A DNA stretch of 27,484 bases, from positions 1 through 27,484 of IMG/VR virus record IMGVR_UViG_3300035140_000017, one strand, 5' to 3'. Made by a program: the position numbers and the translations under genes. The notes beneath the pieces are model-generated. The model was not told the DNA's origin and did no database searches. It was given only the letters and a program-made list of their open reading frames with translations. This DNA comes from a virus (lineage: Duplodnaviria; Caudoviricetes). Of the stretch, positions 25,092 through 27,484 are shown in pieces (the first letter of the stretch is position 1; each line of letters starts with the position of its first letter).

Positions 25092-25781
25092 ATGAATGCT
25101 GCGGAGATTATAGACCTTGCAAGAAATGAGTTTCTGGACGACGCTCAGGAACCATATTTGTGGTCCAACAATACTCTGGAGCTATATCTGAATGAAGCAG
25201 AAAGGGAGGCTTGTCGAAGGGCGAGCCTCCTTATTGATAAAGAGACCTCCCAAGATTCAGACTCAATTCCCCTTTGTTCCCTGGATGTTGTCGCAGGGAC
25301 CTCCATATACACCGTCTCCCAAAAGATAGTGCTGGTCAAGGACCTGTTCTTGGCGTCCAATGGCCTGCCACTAGAGCAAAAGACCGAGGACTGGCTGGAC
25401 GACCAATATCCTTACTGGAGGACATCTGAAGGCACACCCGCCTACTACATACAAAGAAAAGGTAAGGTAGAGATAGTTCCAACGCCGGAGGAGAACGACA
25501 CGGCTACGCTGGTGGTCCAGAGATTGCCGCTGGAAGATGTCACTTACGCCGGAGGTGAAACCCCGGAAGTGCCGGCGGAATACCATATCGACCTCATACC
25601 GTGGATTCTTCATCTGGCCTACAGAAAACAAGATGCAGAGGCAGAAGACCCGGTTAAAGCCGCAGACAACGAAAGACTATTCAGGGCCAAGTTCGGTCCT
25701 TCGGTGTCGGCTCTGACAGAAAAGAATAGAAGAAGAAGGCCCAGGGGCATGAGGTTGAGGCCCAAGGAGCTTGGATTTTAA
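25092..25781 (+). CDS. Putative head-tail adaptor protein
   Basis: LDD..EPYLWS...YLNEAEREACRR, GTPAYY, PEVPAEYH..L..W..HLAY.KQDAE. Confidence 0.72.
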   Translation: MNAAEIIDLARNEFLDDAQEPYLWSNNTLELYLNEAEREACRRASLLIDKETSQDSDSIPLCSLDVVAGTSIYTVSQKIVLVKDLFLASNGLPLEQKTEDWLDDQYPYWRTSEGTPAYYIQRKGKVEIVPTPEENDTATLVVQRLPLEDVTYAGGETPEVPAEYHIDLIPWILHLAYRKQDAEAEDPVKAADNERLFRAKFGPSVSALTEKNRRRRPRGMRLRPKELGF

Positions 25782-25793
25782 AAGGAGGAAGCT

Positions 25794-26048
25794 ATGTACA
25801 CAGAAGAAGTGATGTCTGTCTCACGGACAGATGATGGCGGATTTGTAGTTGGCATCAGGGTTAAGGCGAAAAAAAAGAGGGAGGACAAATGTGAGGTAGG
25901 TCTGCCCCGTGAGCATAAAACCTTGATAGCCAAAGACGTGGATGAGGTCAAGAGTATACTGGATAAGGTGCTGCCCGACCTCAAGGAAGGCATGATGGAG
26001 GAAGATGAGTTCGCAAAGGCGTTCAAAGACGCAGTTAAGGAGGACTAG
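25794..26048 (+). CDS. Hypothetical protein
   Basis: AAGGAGG RBS. Confidence 0.7.
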   Translation: MYTEEVMSVSRTDDGGFVVGIRVKAKKKREDKCEVGLPREHKTLIAKDVDEVKSILDKVLPDLKEGMMEEDEFAKAFKDAVKED

Positions 26049-26049
26049 C

Positions 26050-26421
26050 ATGAAGAAATTTGTTGTTGGCCTGGGAATAATCGTTTTGCTTTTGCCTGCT
26101 TCCATATCTTATGCAGGCTCTCTGCTTTTTGACAACGCCACCTCTGTAGGCACAGGGCAGGCCAAGTCGGTCAAAAAGGCATCCAGCTATACCGTGGTGG
26201 CTACGTTCGCCAATACTTCTTCCCTGACATTAACGCTGGACGGCAGCATAGACAATGCTACCTATCCCGTCTTTGGGGCTTACTCTGCTAACAGTGCCGA
26301 CATAGCTAATGGCTATGTCATATTTCATGTCAACGATAAAGTGGCCGAGCATATACGACCTCGCATAACTACGCTGACCGGTGGAGGGGCTTCGGTAGAC
26401 GTAACCGTATCATATAAGTAG
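26050..26421 (+). CDS. Beta-rich putative virion protein with signal-peptide-like N-terminus
   Basis: GGAGG RBS; MKKFVVGLGIIVLLLPASISYA; LTLDGSID..., HIRPRIT. Confidence 0.65.
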   Translation: MKKFVVGLGIIVLLLPASISYAGSLLFDNATSVGTGQAKSVKKASSYTVVATFANTSSLTLTLDGSIDNATYPVFGAYSANSADIANGYVIFHVNDKVAEHIRPRITTLTGGGASVDVTVSYK

Positions 26422-26428
26422 AGGTACG

Positions 26429-26641
26429 ATGGATACCACCAGGCTCACAAAACACATACTCATCGCCACCGTTGTAATCCTGTCCGGTTATGACGTTTAT
26501 GCCCTTGTCGAGGGCGGCGTTGATGCCACTATTAGCAGGGTGGTTTACGGGTGGGTAGATGACTACCCGATTGTAGGCGTGGCGGCAGGCGTATTAATCG
26601 GACATCTATTCTGGCCGCAAAAAATCAGGGAGGATGAATAA
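26429..26641 (+). CDS. Small two-TM membrane protein (holin-like candidate)
   Basis: Two hydrophobic segments; GHLFWPQ; function not established. Confidence 0.55.
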   Translation: MDTTRLTKHILIATVVILSGYDVYALVEGGVDATISRVVYGWVDDYPIVGVAAGVLIGHLFWPQKIREDE

Positions 26642-27114
26642 TGAGTGACCCGACAAGCGGATTGGTTGCCGAAAATAATCGGCTATATGATGCGATCAAT
26701 ACCTATAACAATACGTTAATCCCGTCATTTGAGGCGATATTGGCCGAATACGGATTGACGGAGCCTGTAACTCTCGCACAACTAGAGGGACTAACATTGC
26801 GTCAGCTTGCGTCCCTATCAAAGGGCATTAATGAAATGAAGGCGGCAATGGATACCGAGGCAGGCCAGAGGCCGTTCGAGAGCAATCTGGCCGATATGGG
26901 GTATGTAGATGTGGATGCAGCAATCGCCGATGTGCCTAACAGGTTTACAGGCGAGAGCGCGACTATCATCACCAATACGCTGGAGCGTATCAAGTCCACA
27001 TTGGCCCTGCTTGATAGTCTTGTTGATATTAACGAGGTTTTGAATATTGTAACCAAAATTACTGAGATAAAAAACGCTGTTAAGGCTGACGCAGCGAGTC
27101 TTCAGAGGGTTTAA
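26641..27114 (+). CDS. Hypothetical helical protein
   Basis: GGAGG RBS; coupled to neighbouring genes. Confidence 0.7.
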   Translation: MSDPTSGLVAENNRLYDAINTYNNTLIPSFEAILAEYGLTEPVTLAQLEGLTLRQLASLSKGINEMKAAMDTEAGQRPFESNLADMGYVDVDAAIADVPNRFTGESATIITNTLERIKSTLALLDSLVDINEVLNIVTKITEIKNAVKADAASLQRV

Positions 27115-27484
27115 TGGCTTTTACTGAGACCGTCAAAATACCGTTATGGGACGGGACTGAGACTGATGATGTCCTGTCCGGTCAACGGATATTTGAAAAT
27201 ATTGCGGAGGAGATATCCCTGCAAGGCCTGCCGGATTCATTTGATAAATTTGCCTTTAATCCTGTTCTTGACCTCGGTGCAGGCGGTACTTGGGATGATG
27301 TGCACGTGCTTACCCCCTCAGTCATCAAAGACGGGTCTACCTATAAAATGTGGTATTCCGGTTATGATGGTACTAGCTGGCGCATAGGCTATGCAACATC
27401 AACCGATGGCAAAACATGGACAAAGGATGGAAGCAATCCTGTTCTTGACCTCGGTGCAGGCGGTACTTGGGATGATGTGCACGT
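27114..27484 (+). CDS. Five-bladed beta-propeller glycoside-hydrolase-like repeat protein, 3'-truncated (not in track)
   Basis: TAATG overlap; NPVLDLGAGGTWDDVHVLTPSVIKDGSTYKMWYSG...IGYATSTDGKTWTK...NPVL blade repeat. Confidence 0.8.
   Translation, partial: MAFTETVKIPLWDGTETDDVLSGQRIFENIAEEISLQGLPDSFDKFAFNPVLDLGAGGTWDDVHVLTPSVIKDGSTYKMWYSGYDGTSWRIGYATSTDGKTWTKDGSNPVLDLGAGGTWDDVH
27258..27484 (+). repeat. Identical direct repeat of at least 50 bp, 177-nt period
   Basis: 27258-27307 equals 27435-27484 (second copy runs off the window). Confidence 0.9.

Noticed and set aside
27258-27484. Diversity-generating retroelement TR/VR pair
   Set aside because: The copies are identical and in frame within one gene, with no adenine-specific mismatches and no reverse transcriptase in the window.
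1-27484. Integron integrase, attI, tRNA or rRNA genes
   Set aside because: No tyrosine-recombinase motifs in any ORF, and no recognisable attI or structural RNA gene by eye.

Overview
Segment of a tailed dsDNA phage or prophage with a podovirus-like head module and an N4-gp56-type major capsid protein. A deltaproteobacterial/Desulfobacterota host is suspected but only inferred. From left to right: a 5'-truncated replication initiator with 11-bp iterons; a DnaC/IstB-like loader; a ~3.1-kb array of about ten integron attC sites with small genes between them (1853-4939; no integrase in the window); a DnaB-like helicase and more small genes; a leftward early operon (8677-11690) preceded by a sigma-54-type promoter and DnaA boxes; a rightward sigma-70 promoter; SSB; terminase; portal; scaffold; capsid; adaptor; and the start of a beta-propeller protein. 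Two features stand out. (1) In the phage-borne integron cassette array, the attC sites are canonical on the minus strand while most cassette genes are on the plus strand, i.e. inverted relative to normal cassettes and co-oriented with the phage operon; some start inside their own attC loop. (2) The terminase intein contains a complete HNH endonuclease gene, with its own RBS, in a different reading frame. All calls come from reading motifs by eye; no searches were run.
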